The position numbers were made by a program, and so were the translations under genes. From Zancudomyces culisetae HAW-14-8 (Eukaryota > Fungi > Kickxellomycota), in assembly GCA_052426225.1 (NCBI GenBank), contig JBNJNM010000023.1, forward strand, positions 992,001 to 1,056,000: a DNA stretch of 64,000 nucleotides, written 5' to 3'. The notes below the pieces were generated by a model. The model made no database searches, was not told the origin of the DNA, and worked only from the letters and a program-made list of their open reading frames with translations. Numbering within the stretch: the first letter of the stretch is position 1; each line of letters begins with the position of its first letter. Of this stretch, positions 13,701-26,749 are shown in pieces.

Positions 13701-16700
13701 TGCAAAATACATCGAGAATTACAAATGGAACCAAGAAAAAATAACCACAGTAAAAAATATACTACATCTAGCGAGACAGTTTCTCTATATTGAACTCGAA
13801 GAAGGTCAACAAAATGCAGGAATGTTAAATAATATGTCGGTGGTAGTCGATTGCGTTTCCCGACTTGCTGCTGATCGACTTGATTTTGGTGAACTGTATA
13901 ATTCGTCTTCGACTTTGGCTGCTCCTCCAAAAAACGATTCATCAGTAATTGATGAGTATTTTGCGTTTCTTGACGTGGTTTTGGCCAGCCATTTTGACCT
14001 TTATTTTTCGATCCCATCAACTCGAAAAAATATTTTTTCTACATTGATGGTTAGCGATACCGAAAAGACAAGACAGGATCAGTTGTTTGATGCCACTTGG
14101 CCAATAATATCACTTTTAACGTTCGTTTCTCAGCTGGAAATCAGTAGATATACACTATGGAAAAGAAAGCTGGAAAGCTGGATAGAAACCAACCTGCTGA
14201 AACTAGCAAAGTTATCATTTTTGGTTTACCGAGTGGATGAATGTAAATATTTTACTTTAAAATTGCTAGACACTATAAACACCAGTGATTTCAGCATGGA
14301 CAAAGATTTCAGTGTAACTTACAACAACATTATTGAGGTTGTTGAATTTGTGGAAAGCTCAAACTTTTTGAAGACTGACTTGGATTTCTATGAGACTTTT
14401 ATTTCCAGGCTACAGTCTAATGTCTTGGAAAACCGAATTTTACAGATCGAAAAGAGGTTGGGATCACAGGTTGAGTATAAAAAAACTTTTAGCACCGAAA
14501 AGATTTTGGTAAAAACGAGGAGAGACGTTTTTGGTTACGACAACACCAAAATGAAACACGAACAAGAAATGCTGGCTAACTTGAATACCAAATCTATCAT
14601 ACCAATTGTCGATAAATTTAACGTGCTTCAAGGACAGTTTTATCATGATCTAAATGCTTACAACAATAACAATGAGTTTTTGCTACAAGAAATCAATGAC
14701 GATAACTTGTTAAATTTGGAAAACAGCCGTTTATTTGTTGACTCTATCCAGAAAATAGAGAGTTTTAACATTAATCAGACCTTTTACAATCTCTCCAATT
14801 CTACAGCAATTAAACTTGCCAAAGATCAAACGAATCTTTACAACTCGAAAAACTATGCGGCACAGTTAATTATGGATAATAGCAATTCCAATAGGCATAC
14901 AAACGGGTACAACAACATGATCAAATATGATCAAATGGTGGTTGAAAAGCTTTATCAAATTTCCTCCAACTACTCAGCCTTAAGGGTTGGCGAAACAAAC
15001 ATTGGTAGTATTGGCGGTATTAGTACTGAGGCTAGTACTAGTACAGACCAGGTTGCATTGGCTGTGTTGAGGTTAAAAGCGGGAGGTATGCTTTGGAATT
15101 TGGGCAATACTGTGGATGATATTTCCGAATTTTTGAAAAAAAGCGGAGTGTCCACAAATCAAATATGGAACGAGTCGTTGTTTGAAATTGGAAACAAGCC
15201 TTCGGCCGTTATAGAATCAACTGTTTCCCAGGGCAAACGGAAAGAGTTTACTGAGTTGGTTAGCGAAAGTAAAGATGACGACAGCTTTTTGGAATATTAC
15301 AGTAAATTGGGTCTGTCAGGGTACTATTATTGTAAATCCGAATCGAATATCCAGGATGAAAATTGCGATTCTTCTGAGTTGGTTGGTAAATCGATGCAAC
15401 TTTTGACATCCTTGCTTGAAAAATATAAAAATGACATGTCCAAAAAACGTCAACTTTCAAGCCGTATTTACAAAATGATGACAAGCAGTACAAAGCTTCA
15501 ATTCCAACCAAATCCAAAGGATTACAGCTTATTGGGCTGGGTGGTTGGAATGGACGCTTTTATTCCGCAGCTCGTGGCCGCACTTAATCACCACAATGCC
15601 GTTATTGCTGAAAACATCTACAATCTGTTGTTGGCAATGCTAAACCTCAGCGATGAGCTGATTGATAAATCGCTGATACATTTAATCTCTACCGAATTAT
15701 CCAATGCTGCCAGCCTACACTATTCGAACCAGTCTCGATGGATTTGTCTTTTGTTGGATTATATCAAAACTAAAGATGGCTATATTAATGTTCTTAACAA
15801 TACCCAGACCTTTGTAGCTGAAAGCTCTAAAATGATGGAGTTGGAGGAGGAAAAGATTGAACGGTTACTAGTAAAATACCATCAACTACTATCTTCCCAG
15901 CCCATCCCTGGAAAGTGTATGGATACTGCAAAGATATATGACGCAATTGAGGAACAAGTTAAATTTATTCTATATGGAGTTGGTTCTGATCCCAACAATG
16001 AGTCTTCAACTCTGAAAACGAAAACCTTAATTCTCAAATCCAACCGAAACCAGACTTTTACATCCAAATTTGGCTCGAGGTTATTAGAAGCTGTTCATAA
16101 AAGCAAAGAAAATAACGATTGGAATTGTGATGATGGATTGGGCAAGCTTCATTCCGAGATTTTTACCTACATAAATGTCAACAACAACACTGAGGTGAAA
16201 AACCTTTCCAACTTTTTGTTTTCGGCGTGTTGGTATTCTCAGCAATACATGTACATTACTCTCCCACTGGACAATTCATACAACTATTACGGCGCAGACA
16301 ACCTAATTAGATTTTGTGGAGTTGGAAAACATGTTACTATTTTGCCAACAAAGACTCGGCCAAAAAAGATTACCTTCTTTTCAATCGATGGGTATCAAAT
16401 TGAGTTCATTTTGAAGGGTAATGAGGATTTGCGAGCAGACTACTCCATTCTGTCTATTTGGAACTTGTTGAACACCGAACTGTTCAGCTCTCCCAAACAG
16501 GGATTTTCTACGTTTGGTGTTTTGCCTATGGGTAGATCTGGTGGCTATGTCGAAGTCATTCCTGACATTTTCCCATTGTTTGATCTGTACAAATCGCACT
16601 ACAAGACAACTGGTGGATCATTCCTTTCACCTGCAAAAGTCCATGCAAATGTCAAATCCAAACTCACGAATCCAAATGATCTGTATTCAGAATTGGCAAA

Positions 16701-17631
16701 CACATGTCCAGATAATTTATTGCTTAATCATGTTTTGCGTATGAGCAAAAATCTTGCTCATTATTATTTATCCGCAAAATCACTAGCTATTTCAGCCGGA
16801 ATCATTTCGCTATTTGGATATCTCGTGGGTCTAGGAGATAGGCATTTGGATAACATTTTGTTGCTCAACAACAATCAATTTGTGCTAATTGATTTGAATG
16901 TATGTTTTGATAAAAGTGGCTTGTTGGCGGTTCCAGAGACTGTACCCTTCAGACTTACCAGAAACATCTCGCATTTTATTGATAGTACATTTGCAAAGCT
17001 TTATCCCCGAGTCATGACAAAATTGCTGCTTTCTATTAGAAGCAACCCCAATCTAGGTATTCTGGTCGAGTCATTTGGTTTGAAGTGTTTAGAATTCGAT
17101 CCTCTTTCTGATTGGCTGAAAATGCATTCTCTCAAAACTATGCCAAATAACACAACTGACGCTTTTGTCACAAAAAATGTCGATAATTTCAATTTGGATG
17201 ATTGTAAATCGTTTGATGAGCTAGCTTCTGCGGTCAGAGTATACACAAGAAGGCTCTGCCTGGATAAAGGCACATTAGCATCACACTTGGACCACTCTAA
17301 CCTCATCCCTCTGGTTCCATCCATACTTGTAAACTCCGGTAAAGCCAGCTCTCCAAACACTTCATCAGTATCAGCATCTCCATCGCCGTGTTCCATGAAC
17401 GAGCCATCAAGTTCTCTGCTTTTGGATGATTGTTTGAATTTTGCACGGCTAGTGGGTGTTAGTAACACACTGAGAACCGGATCTAAATTCAAAGACCTAA
17501 CCTTGGCAATTCAACATAATAGTGCTGACAATTTGGTAAATGTGGAAAGAATTGTTGAGAATTTGATTTCGTGTGCTACCAGCGAAAAAAATCTAGTGAG
17601 GATGTATGCGGGGTGGTCATTTTGGTTTTAA
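10769..17631 (+). CDS. SMG1: PI3K-related protein kinase, SMG1 (NMD kinase) type; exons approx. 10769-10859, 10990-11257, 11314-11352, 11430-17631
   Basis: Kinase motifs ILPTKTRPKK, LKGNEDLRAD, GLGDRHLDNIL and IDLNVCFDKS..LAVPETVPFRLTRNI, and FATC tail ATSEKNLVRMYAGWSFWF. The PTKTxPKK and DxNVCF signatures are SMG1-like rather than TOR/ATR/ATM. Three upstream GT-AG introns splice in frame. Confidence 0.85.
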
Positions 17632-18209
17632 ATGGTGACTATATTATTTTACGCGTTTTTCCTCGGCAAATTTGAATTGGTAATGTTTGTACTACCAGCT
17701 TTTGTTTTTCAATAATTTCTAGTGATGTTTATAGCTATGTTATGTGTATGGGAGATTGCATGCGAATAAAATCCAACACTATCCTTGGTTTTGACTTGAT
17801 TGTTTGTCATGTCTTTATAATGCGCAGTGTAGTATTTGCATACAACTTGTGCGGTTTTCATATTGAATGCAGTATAAAAATAAATAACAATAGGCAATAT
17901 TTACAATGCCTGATCAATTGAATGAAATTGGTGATTTTCTTCAAGCGTTTACAAGAGCGTTTGGATCGTAAAAGCTGTATTTAAAAGCTAAGTAATATAA
18001 TTTAAGGGTTGAAGTGAATAAATGCGGAAGAACAGGGTTTTGTTTTATATAGGTCGAGAGGAAAAACAAATATACTAGAAATCAATAAACTCATTTACTC
18101 CTATGGTATTTCTCGTTGAAAAACGACAATATTTTTTTGAGCGCAATAGCAGAAGAAATTAATACTGAACAATGTTTATGATTTTTTCAATACATTTTAT
18201 CTGTTGGAA

Positions 18210-18214
<5 letters not shown>

Positions 18215-18244
<30 letters not shown>
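18215..18244 (+). repeat. (GA)15 microsatellite
   Basis: Direct reading. Confidence 0.95.
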
Positions 18245-18247
<3 letters not shown>

Positions 18248-18561
18248 AAAAGGGAGATAATGCGAAGGGTGTTATACACATCGTTTTGTCGAGGTTCGAG
18301 GAGTATAAAAGTGGTGATATCACTTTAAGATTCCAAATCGAGTTTCCAGAATTTTTATTTTCTATTTTCCTACGTGTATATCAACATTACATTGATTCAT
18401 AAACATCCATAAACGTACAGGTGTCTGGATAAAAAAAAGTAAATACGAATAATAAGGTGGCACAATTATCCAAGTTTATATTAAAAGCATAGGCTATATA
18501 TTAATACTACAATAATAACCAGTATTTACCAAACACAGCCAACTAGATCGTGATTGGAAAA

Positions 18562-18684
18562 ATGATAACAGTTCAAATGGAAGACTCAAACAACTGCAGT
18601 TTTATCTATAGTGACTGCTTTTGCCGAACCGGAAGAAAATGCGTATCAAATTGCCGTTGCAGTTGTGGATATTGTTTTAACTAG
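18562..18684 (+). CDS. Putative metallothionein-like Cys-rich microprotein (40 aa)
   Basis: MITVQMEDSNNCSFIYSDCFCRTGRKCVSNCRCSCGYCFN*: 8 Cys arranged as CxC, CxxxC and CxCxCxxC. Below the ORF-track size cut-off. Confidence 0.5.
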   Translation: MITVQMEDSNNCSFIYSDCFCRTGRKCVSNCRCSCGYCFN

Positions 18685-19456
18685 CTAAAAGAAAGGGCAT
18701 ACTATTTTTATATCCTATAAACGTTGTAGGAGGTTATACGTTAATAAAAACAGTCCACACATAAATATACATAATATCTGATTTGTTCAAACATGTTCAT
18801 TTTCTAGATGGGATTGTGAATGGGTTTATTAGAGTCTCTGTAAAAGTGTATTTCCCACCAATTTTTAAACATGAAAACTCAATATTATGGGTGTATTGGT
18901 ATGAACAGCTGGGCTAGTAAAATAAAAGCTCTTTTAAAAGTAGTGCCAACTGACAAGTAAACCTAAAATACTGTCAAATCCACCAATTATTATAGTGGAA
19001 AATGTGCACTATCCCTTGTACATAAGAGAATATTTAATACTTTATGTGCTTCAAAACATTTCAGCTCTTTCAGTTTTGTAGCCTTTTGACGATGAAATGA
19101 AAGTTGTGAAAAACCGTCCTCCCCCAAAAAACTTTATAAAGTAACTTGTGCTTGCCATCCTTATAAAACCGGAGCTATACCCCTCCCCCACCTCCCTCGG
19201 ATTCAATTGACCTTTTGGAGGCCAAAAACCCTTTACAGATACCTAAGTTTCCTCCTTTTTTTTTAATTTAGAAGTCAAATTTGAATGAAATATAGCCAAA
19301 TGATTGTATATTGGTAAAAATAGTATTAATTTTTCTTGGAATAGTTCCATATTGATGGTACCAACTCGATTATTACATTGTACATTACATAGAGTTCAAA
19401 GCTTCGGATTGAAAATCAACACATTAAACAATCAAGTGTCCAAGCCAAAAAAAAAA

Positions 19457-21029
19457 TTATAAATCGCATCCAAACTCCTTCAAAGTATTAGCAACGCGCT
19501 GGATTCCAGAATCGATTTGCTCAATGGTGGCAAAACTATAGGCCAGTCTGAAATAAGGGTAGTTTTTGACAGGCTCGGTATCTTGAGATGTATGGCATTG
19601 CCACCCAGAAACCAAAAGTATATTGTTTTCTATAAGCTTGTTAAATATAATATCTGCAATTCCGGGTGTTGACTTGTGTGGTTCAGGCAAGTTAATTTCC
19701 ATCCAGATAAACATACCACTGTCGGGAACAACTACCGAGACAGCTTTATTTCCGAGGTATTTTTCCATTGCATTGAGCATGCAGTTACGCTTTGATATAT
19801 AGTCAACTTGTAGGAAGCGAATATGTTCTTCAAAGCCAGCATCCTTCCACTCATCGTTGAGGAGTTTAGAAATAAGGCCCTGTGAAAACCCACTGGCTTG
19901 TTGAACGGTGCTCTCAGTGCTTTTAAGAATGGCGTCTATAAAATAGTCTTGGCCAGTGATCCAACCAATACGCGTGTTTGGCGTGATGAGTTTGCTGAAA
20001 GTATCCATTCGTACTACACGACCATCTACATCAAGCGAAAGTAGCGAAGGCAGCAGATTTTCAACACCAGGCAATTTGGAAAAATAAGATTCTGACTGCT
20101 CTTCATGGTGGACAACTGGAAGGCCACCAAACTGGATGAAGTAGTACGGGTCATCTTCAATAATCATCAAGTTGTGTTTCTGACAGACGCTGTAAATATC
20201 TTTTCGTCGCTGAACAGACATTGTGGCACCAGTTGGGTTTTGACCAGTAGGAATCAGATATACCACCTTGAGCTTTTGTGGACCAGTCCATTCTGTGCAT
20301 ACTCTGTCAAGCGCTTCAGGGTTCATACCCTCATTGTCCATACCCACTGAAACCATCTTGTAGCCAGCACCAGCAAATGTTTCAATTACCGCAGGATACG
20401 TCCATTGACATACAACAACAGGATCCCCGCGCGTCAAAAACAGAGCAGCAACCTTATTCAGCGCATCAGTACTGCCTACAGACATAATACTCTCCATGTT
20501 AGAGTACTGCGGGGTGTGGTATCTGCGCATGTGGTGGCTAAAGTAATGGCTCAAGCTCTTCACCCCGGTAGATGGGCCGTATTGGAGTAAAGAATTGAGT
20601 GACTCGACCTTGCTACCGTTTTCAACGCTTTTTTTTACCGATATCTCGGTATACTCGTTCAGTTTCTCCTCATCATGAGCGCGGGTACCTGGTTTTATCA
20701 CTTTTGCAGAATACTCGAGAAATGGAAAAACACTTGGATGAGGCCAACCTTGTTTATTTATTTTACAAGTAAAGGTCAGAGTTTAATTTAAAGAGTAGAT
20801 TGGTCATGTCCAAAAAGACAAAATATAGTAAAATGGAACGAATTTATGATGACATACCTCCACCAAGGGAAATCAATCCAGGTTTGTTAATGTGTTCAAG
20901 AAATGCTTTCATAGGATTGCTCTTGCGGCTTCTGGTAATCTCACTTAGCATCTCTGTGAAGTCCAAGCCCCTATTGGTAGGAGTAGAGGATGCAGGCTTT
21001 TCAGCGGTTCCAGTTTTCGTTGCAAGCAT
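19457..21029 (-). CDS. ARO8: Aromatic amino acid / 2-aminoadipate aminotransferase (PLP class I/II, ARO8-like); 2 exons (21029-20858, 20748-19457)
   Basis: LISLGG/GWPHPSVFPF spans the intron; motifs YLIPTGQNPTG, IIEDDPYYF, DTFSKLITPNTRIGW (PLP lysine) and YFRLAYS. Confidence 0.88.
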
Positions 21030-22771
21030 ACTAGTCTTTGTTTCCTCTGTGATTTCAACTGGAAAGTTGTATGTAGATTTTGAAGTTGTATATACTCACT
21101 GGCTAGCAAAACTTTAATATTCTAAGAATAAGAAAGGTGTATATATTTATAAGAAACTAAAACTAAAGACTGCTAATATGTTTCAAAAAGAATGTTGCTT
21201 ATATTTTGTATTTATAAAGCTTTTGTTTCATTTTTTCGTTCAATCTACAATACTGAATTTTCATTAGCCTATTACGTCGAAATTAGCGCAAATTTAGTAA
21301 TAGAGTTAATCTGTAAACTACGCGATTAAAATTGTGCTGAACCCAAATCACAAATAGTGACAGAGTATAAAATCAACCGCATGTGATTCAAATTGGTAAA
21401 TGACTCAGTGTGTAGATAAAATACTTCATAAAGAGATTAACAACCAGTGATAAATCAGTTTGTATTTTGCACTTAGACCCATGTAGTTTTTTTTTTTGCT
21501 GGGAAAATCAAACCCCCTGTTAGTTCCATTTGATGAAGTACAGTTTCATAGCTAGTTTTGCAATTTTTTTAAATGTCACGCTTTGTGAGAATCCATAGTT
21601 GCAATACTTGTTTTTACAATTTTTGGAGTTTATTTGATAAAGGCAGATTATCTCGATTCCATGCTAACCAAGCTAGAGTGAATATGGCAATTGGCTATAG
21701 CTCAAAACTGATTAACGAATAAATAATAAAGAAATAAAGGACTAGACCCAGTAAACTTGTAGGGGAAAAAAGATTGCGTTGGCCTATTATATCTGTACAA
21801 CCAAGTTGAACCAATATTGGTATTAGGATTAAAAAAAGAAGGTTATCCGACTTGAGATCCAAACAACAATACCAGAATTGTCCTTAGTATCAGTATTAGA
21901 CTTTTAGATTCAATATTCAAGGCGAGTACTTGCGCAGTCGGATGAGATAATAAAATATATTCAATACAATGCTACTGACATAAAAGTAGAAAATGGACTT
22001 TTACAAGGTTCTGGCTAATGAAAACAGTAAGCAAGGGACAGTATGATGTTCAGGTATGTCAAATCGTTTCTCTACTTCAAGAGTCAGTGAGTTGTGGCTA
22101 GATGTAGAAAAAGAAGACACTGGATTGAAAACTCAACAAATATATGACGATAGCCATCTGAAGCATGTATGTGCTTAAAACCGAGAATGCTTTATCAAAG
22201 TATATACTACAATGTGCTTTGAGTGTTCCCAAATTTGTAAAAACACATTTTATCCATATTATCACACCCCGTGAGATATTAATAAAGGCAGTGCAGCTCT
22301 GTATTAGTTTGAACCTGAATTTCAAAAAAAATACTTTATAAAAATTTAAAGTCGTAAAATCAACCCACTATATATTGAGAAAAGGATTTATCCTCTAGAA
22401 ATATTCAACCTAGCTATTTAGTTTTAAAACGCTAACAAAGTGCGAATATTTAACTTTGTCAGCATTAAAATCTATCAAGTATTATCTCATTTAAATAACA
22501 ATAGTGTAAGGGATTATTCGATATATCTAAATCTTGTGTATATGACCTAGATAAAATATTGATGAGATACACAGGCCACTTGCTGGATTATTTTTACTTT
22601 TTTATCATCAAAAAACTGCAAATAACGTAAAATGTATTTAATTAAAATTGAAATGAACACTCTTCATGAGCATATTGTCGTATATTTATAATGATAGTAA
22701 TGACTTTAAAAATAAAAAAAGCTTATTGCGCATCATTGGATTAAAAGCTTATCAAATCTATGACCCTAATG

Positions 22772-24214
22772 TTATATTATTGCAGCGAGTGGGCTAACAC
22801 CTAAGCTAGGTAGGCTAGAGGTAGAGGTTTCAGTGGATGTAGGGCTTTCACTAGATGTAGAGGTTTCAGTGGATGTAGGGCTTTCACTAGATGTAGAGGT
22901 TTCAGTGGATGTAGGGCTTTCACTAGATGTAGAGGTTTCAGTGGATGTAGGGCTTTCACTAGATGTAGAGGTTTCAGTGGATGTAGGGCTTTCACTAGAT
23001 GTAGAGGTTTCAGTGGATGTAGGGCTTTCACTAGATGTAGTGGCTTCAGTAGATGTAGGGCTTTCAGTAGATGTAGTGGCTTCAGTGGATGTAGAGGATT
23101 GAGCAGATGTAATGGCTTCAGTGGATGTAGAGGATTGAGTAGATGTAATGGCTTCAGTGAATGTAGAGGATTGAGCAGATGTAATGGCTTCAGTGGATGT
23201 AGTAGCTTCAGTGGATGTAGAGGATTGAGCAGATGTAATGGCTTCAGTGGATGTAGAGGATTGAGTAGATGTAATGGCTTCAGTGGATGTAGTAGCTTCA
23301 GTGGATGTAGAGGATTGAGCAGATGTAATGGTTTCAGTAGATGTAGGGCTTTCAGTAGATGTAGTAGCTTCAGTGGATGTAGAGGATTGAGCAGATGTAA
23401 TGGCTTCACTGAATGTAGAGGATTGAGTAGATGTAATGGCTTCAGTGGATGTAGAGGGTTGAGTAGATGTAATGGCTTCAGTGGATGTAGGGGCTTCAGT
23501 GGATGTAGGGGCTTCAGACTCACTTGGTTGACTTTGAGCACTTGAATGGGTAGGACGGTGACGATGGTGCCTACGGTGTCTGCGATGTCTGCGATATCTG
23601 CGACGATGACGATGCGGTGGAGGCGAAGGTGGGGGAGGTGGGGGAGGTGGTGGTCTGTATACTGGTCTACGGATTGGTCTACATGGTCGATGACGATGAC
23701 GACGGTGCCAACATACCCGCTTACACACTCGTTTACATGGTCGATGGCGATGGCGATGAAGATGGCGATGACGACAGCGGTGATGATGGTGACGATGGCG
23801 ATGGAAATGGAGATGGCGATGACGGCAGCGGTGATGATGGTGACGATGGCGATGGCAATGGAGATGACGATGACGATGGTGACAATGACGATGACGATGG
23901 TGACAATGACGATGACGATGACGATGACGATGACAACACTTGAGTTCTACGTATTCTGCGTCATTGCTTGGAAAATAAACGTTATTAAGAGCTACTACAC
24001 CTTTGTTTTTTTTTATGTCTTTTATGTGGTCAAGCTGACCTTGTGGGGATACATTCTTCCCTATACTCTCATCTTTCTCCAAAGTTTTCCCTATAGTCTT
24101 ACTATTCTGTGATGAAAGTTGCTTAACAATCTCGATTTGATTAACCCCATTGCCATAAGAATGTGCGGACACAGAAAAAAGTGCAATGAGATACAGTAAT
24201 TTAAGCTTAGCCAT
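22772..24214 (-). CDS. Secreted His/Arg/Cys-rich protein with poly-Pro hinge and Thr/Ser/Glu mucin-like tail
   Basis: Signal peptide MAKLKLLYLIALFSVSA from ATG 24214; (HR)n/CHH block; poly-Pro run; 6-aa-period repeats such as TSTEAI, TSAQSS and TSSESP. Confidence 0.8.
   Translation of the reverse strand: MAKLKLLYLIALFSVSAHSYGNGVNQIEIVKQLSSQNSKTIGKTLEKDESIGKNVSPQGQLDHIKDIKKNKGVVALNNVYFPSNDAEYVELKCCHRHRHRHRHCHHRHRHCHHRHRHLHCHRHRHHHHRCRHRHLHFHRHRHHHHRCRHRHLHRHRHRPCKRVCKRVCWHRRHRHRPCRPIRRPVYRPPPPPPPPPSPPPHRHRRRYRRHRRHRRHHRHRPTHSSAQSQPSESEAPTSTEAPTSTEAITSTQPSTSTEAITSTQSSTFSEAITSAQSSTSTEATTSTESPTSTETITSAQSSTSTEATTSTEAITSTQSSTSTEAITSAQSSTSTEATTSTEAITSAQSSTFTEAITSTQSSTSTEAITSAQSSTSTEATTSTESPTSTEATTSSESPTSTETSTSSESPTSTETSTSSESPTSTETSTSSESPTSTETSTSSESPTSTETSTSSESPTSTETSTSSLPSLGVSPLAAII
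22820..23517 (-). repeat. Coding minisatellite (18-nt unit; near-perfect 36-nt higher-order unit at about 22820-23040)
   Basis: gtagaggtttcagtggatgtagggctttcactagat repeats about 6 times, followed by variants. Confidence 0.9.
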
Positions 24215-26317
24215 CCTGTGCACTTGGTTTGGCTATTTACTCTTAGTGTTGCTAATACCTTTTATAACCGGGTTCTTGTTAAGCGTGAACTGTAGCTACA
24301 ACAATCCTATGAGCGCCGCAAATAGATGATTTCTATTATATCAGTAGATTTTGACCTGGGGGGCTCAATTTCAAAATATGACGCTGCTAAAATACAACTG
24401 CAATATTTTAACATTTGCTATGGCTTACTATCAAACTGAAGATAAAGTAAATTGATATGAATTACAATCACAGCATGATTCGACACTATTTATATATTTT
24501 CCAGATAGTGGTGTATTTCTACTATCTCTACTTGAATCACACATTAAGAACAAAACTGAAAAATAGAATGATATGTTTATTTTTTGACTAGAATGATATG
24601 GTAATAGCCACAAAATCAACTCAAATTCAGAAAAGGTATTAAACTACAACTTCATATTTCTAAATCATCTGGAAGCATTTAATTATATGTTTACTAGTAT
24701 TTTATTAACTTTACTATACAGAAAATTAATACTTGAACGCTATGATAGGCAAAAAATATAGTTTAACTCAGATACCTATGAATTTTTGACTAGAACCCAT
24801 TTAATATATTCCAAACAATGAAAAAGAAGACAAACTATGTATTTATTCAAGAACTTAATCCTTCATCTAGAGCCAAAAAAATATTATTGAAAAAAACAAT
24901 TTTCACTTTAGAAAATGAAAGGAAAGTAGAGAACTCTAGAAGTAACATAAAGCGAGTGTAACTATATTAATTAGGTTTGTGACAGTTTACATAAAGGTAA
25001 TAGGCCTCCTAGTAAACGTTCAATTGGCATTCAATTAGCAATATTGAAGTACATTTCTAGTAAAGTCAAAAACATATATTAAAGCATGCCAACTTGAACC
25101 TATGATTATTATTTTTTGATTGTCTAGGATCGTCTAGTTACGCTATTTCAAACTTGAACCATTTATTTCCCTCAATGTCGGCTGTCTTTCCTGTGCAAAT
25201 CAATTAGTTGCGCTCCTTCTAACATTTAAAGAATAGATAGCCCACTAGAATTGTATTAGAAAGTATTGCTTTGTACGAGTAGCTAGCATCCTCCATGTTT
25301 CTGTTGGAAGTTTTACTGTTGAACTTAACATTTCTTTCAAATTAAAATTGATTTTAGCCTGGATAGTTGACTACTTGGTTAAAGAGTGAAGTTTACCAAA
25401 AGTATCGGAATACCCTTGCTCAATAACCTTACCTCCACACATTTGTAGTTGTAATAAATGTCAGTACAATATGTCTTAAATATTTTTCAACTTTCAATAC
25501 ATTTTGACCCACCTGGGTCCGTTTTCATTTCTCCGTGCTCCAGAAAGTAATCGTAATAAAGTCTTGATTATTTTTCTATTCTTGGTCATTTAATTTACCC
25601 AATTAATATTGGAACGGAGTATTTTTCTTGGTTAAATTTTTGTTGAAGGTTTGTTAAAACCACGGTAAAACATGTAGTGTTAATGGATTCGTTACAGGCG
25701 TTATTTTGGTTTAATAAAACATTTGTAATAATTATGTTATCGGAGAATAAGTAAGAAACTGGTAAATGCTCCGAAAATAAAAAGATTCGAAAATTTTAAC
25801 CTAGCAACAGCTCCTTAACCCAATAAAATAGTACATTTATGTTTAATATACTCTTTATTTTAACCCGGGAATCCTAGACTATTAGTATATAAAACTAAAA
25901 CATTACGTTATTTTGATTAGTAATATAAATCAGTAAATACCGATTATATATGTACACCATGCCACTATTTCACCGCATAATAACTAGTACTTGTATGTTC
26001 AGCCGAATTTAGGCATATTAAATGAGTATTTTTCTAATAATAGATCTGTTAAATAGTTACAAATACTATTAGGAATCAACATGCGAAAAATTATAGCAGC
26101 AGAGTGTAGCTAGATTTAGTTTTTTTTCTATTACTAAGCTATTTTTAGCATTCGTATATTCAACCGGCATGTAATAAGTGTTTTAGATTTTACACCATAA
26201 TGTATAAAAGGGGTAAAATTTCTTTTAAGATTTATCTTCAATATTTTAACATAATTGAGCAATTCCTTGATTTAAACCATACACTTTAAGCATATTATTC
26301 ATATATTGGAACTAAAC

Positions 26318-26749
26318 ATGGTCAATCTTTTGGTAACAAGTGCATTTTTACTGGCTTCAGGATTTGCAGCTGGCGCAAATATTTCAAGTGTCCAGGTACC
26401 CAACACTAACGGAACCGCTGAAAATTCTGCAAACCACTACAAACGATATGGAGGAGGCGGACCTATCATGAATATTCAAATGTTTAATACATGCTTCTAT
26501 AAAGGCGCAATAGGCTCAATAAAAATACAACCAAATATCTGTTATAACTTGCCAAGTATCAATTCATGTATCCTTGATGGTGGTAATCCTGGTGAAGGTA
26601 AAATCATGTTTTTCACCCAGAATAATTGTATGGGACCAGGAAAAAGCAATCTGAGAAGCCAATGGTTATATCCCGGATGCATGGATGGTGACCTCGGAGG
26701 GCATGCATATTCAGTGCTCTGGCTTGATCCAGTGCCCCAATGTGTCTAA
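26318..26749 (+). CDS. Small secreted Cys-containing protein, crystallin-like family member 1
   Basis: Signal peptide, KR site, motifs FNTCFYKG, PNICYN, FTQNNCMG and SVLW; TATAAAA at 26203. Confidence 0.82.
   Translation: MVNLLVTSAFLLASGFAAGANISSVQVPNTNGTAENSANHYKRYGGGGPIMNIQMFNTCFYKGAIGSIKIQPNICYNLPSINSCILDGGNPGEGKIMFFTQNNCMGPGKSNLRSQWLYPGCMDGDLGGHAYSVLWLDPVPQCV

Noticed and set aside
22820-23040. Regular 36-nt repeats superficially like a CRISPR array
   Set aside because: Head-to-tail tandem units with no unique spacers, inside a eukaryotic coding sequence, and no cas genes.
22801-24112. Alternative-frame ORFs (LKPLHL, DVEVSV, SRCNGF, poly-Asp/Gly, MTMTM)
   Set aside because: Shadows of the repeats in the His-rich gene. 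The pseudogene paralog supports the signal-peptide frame.
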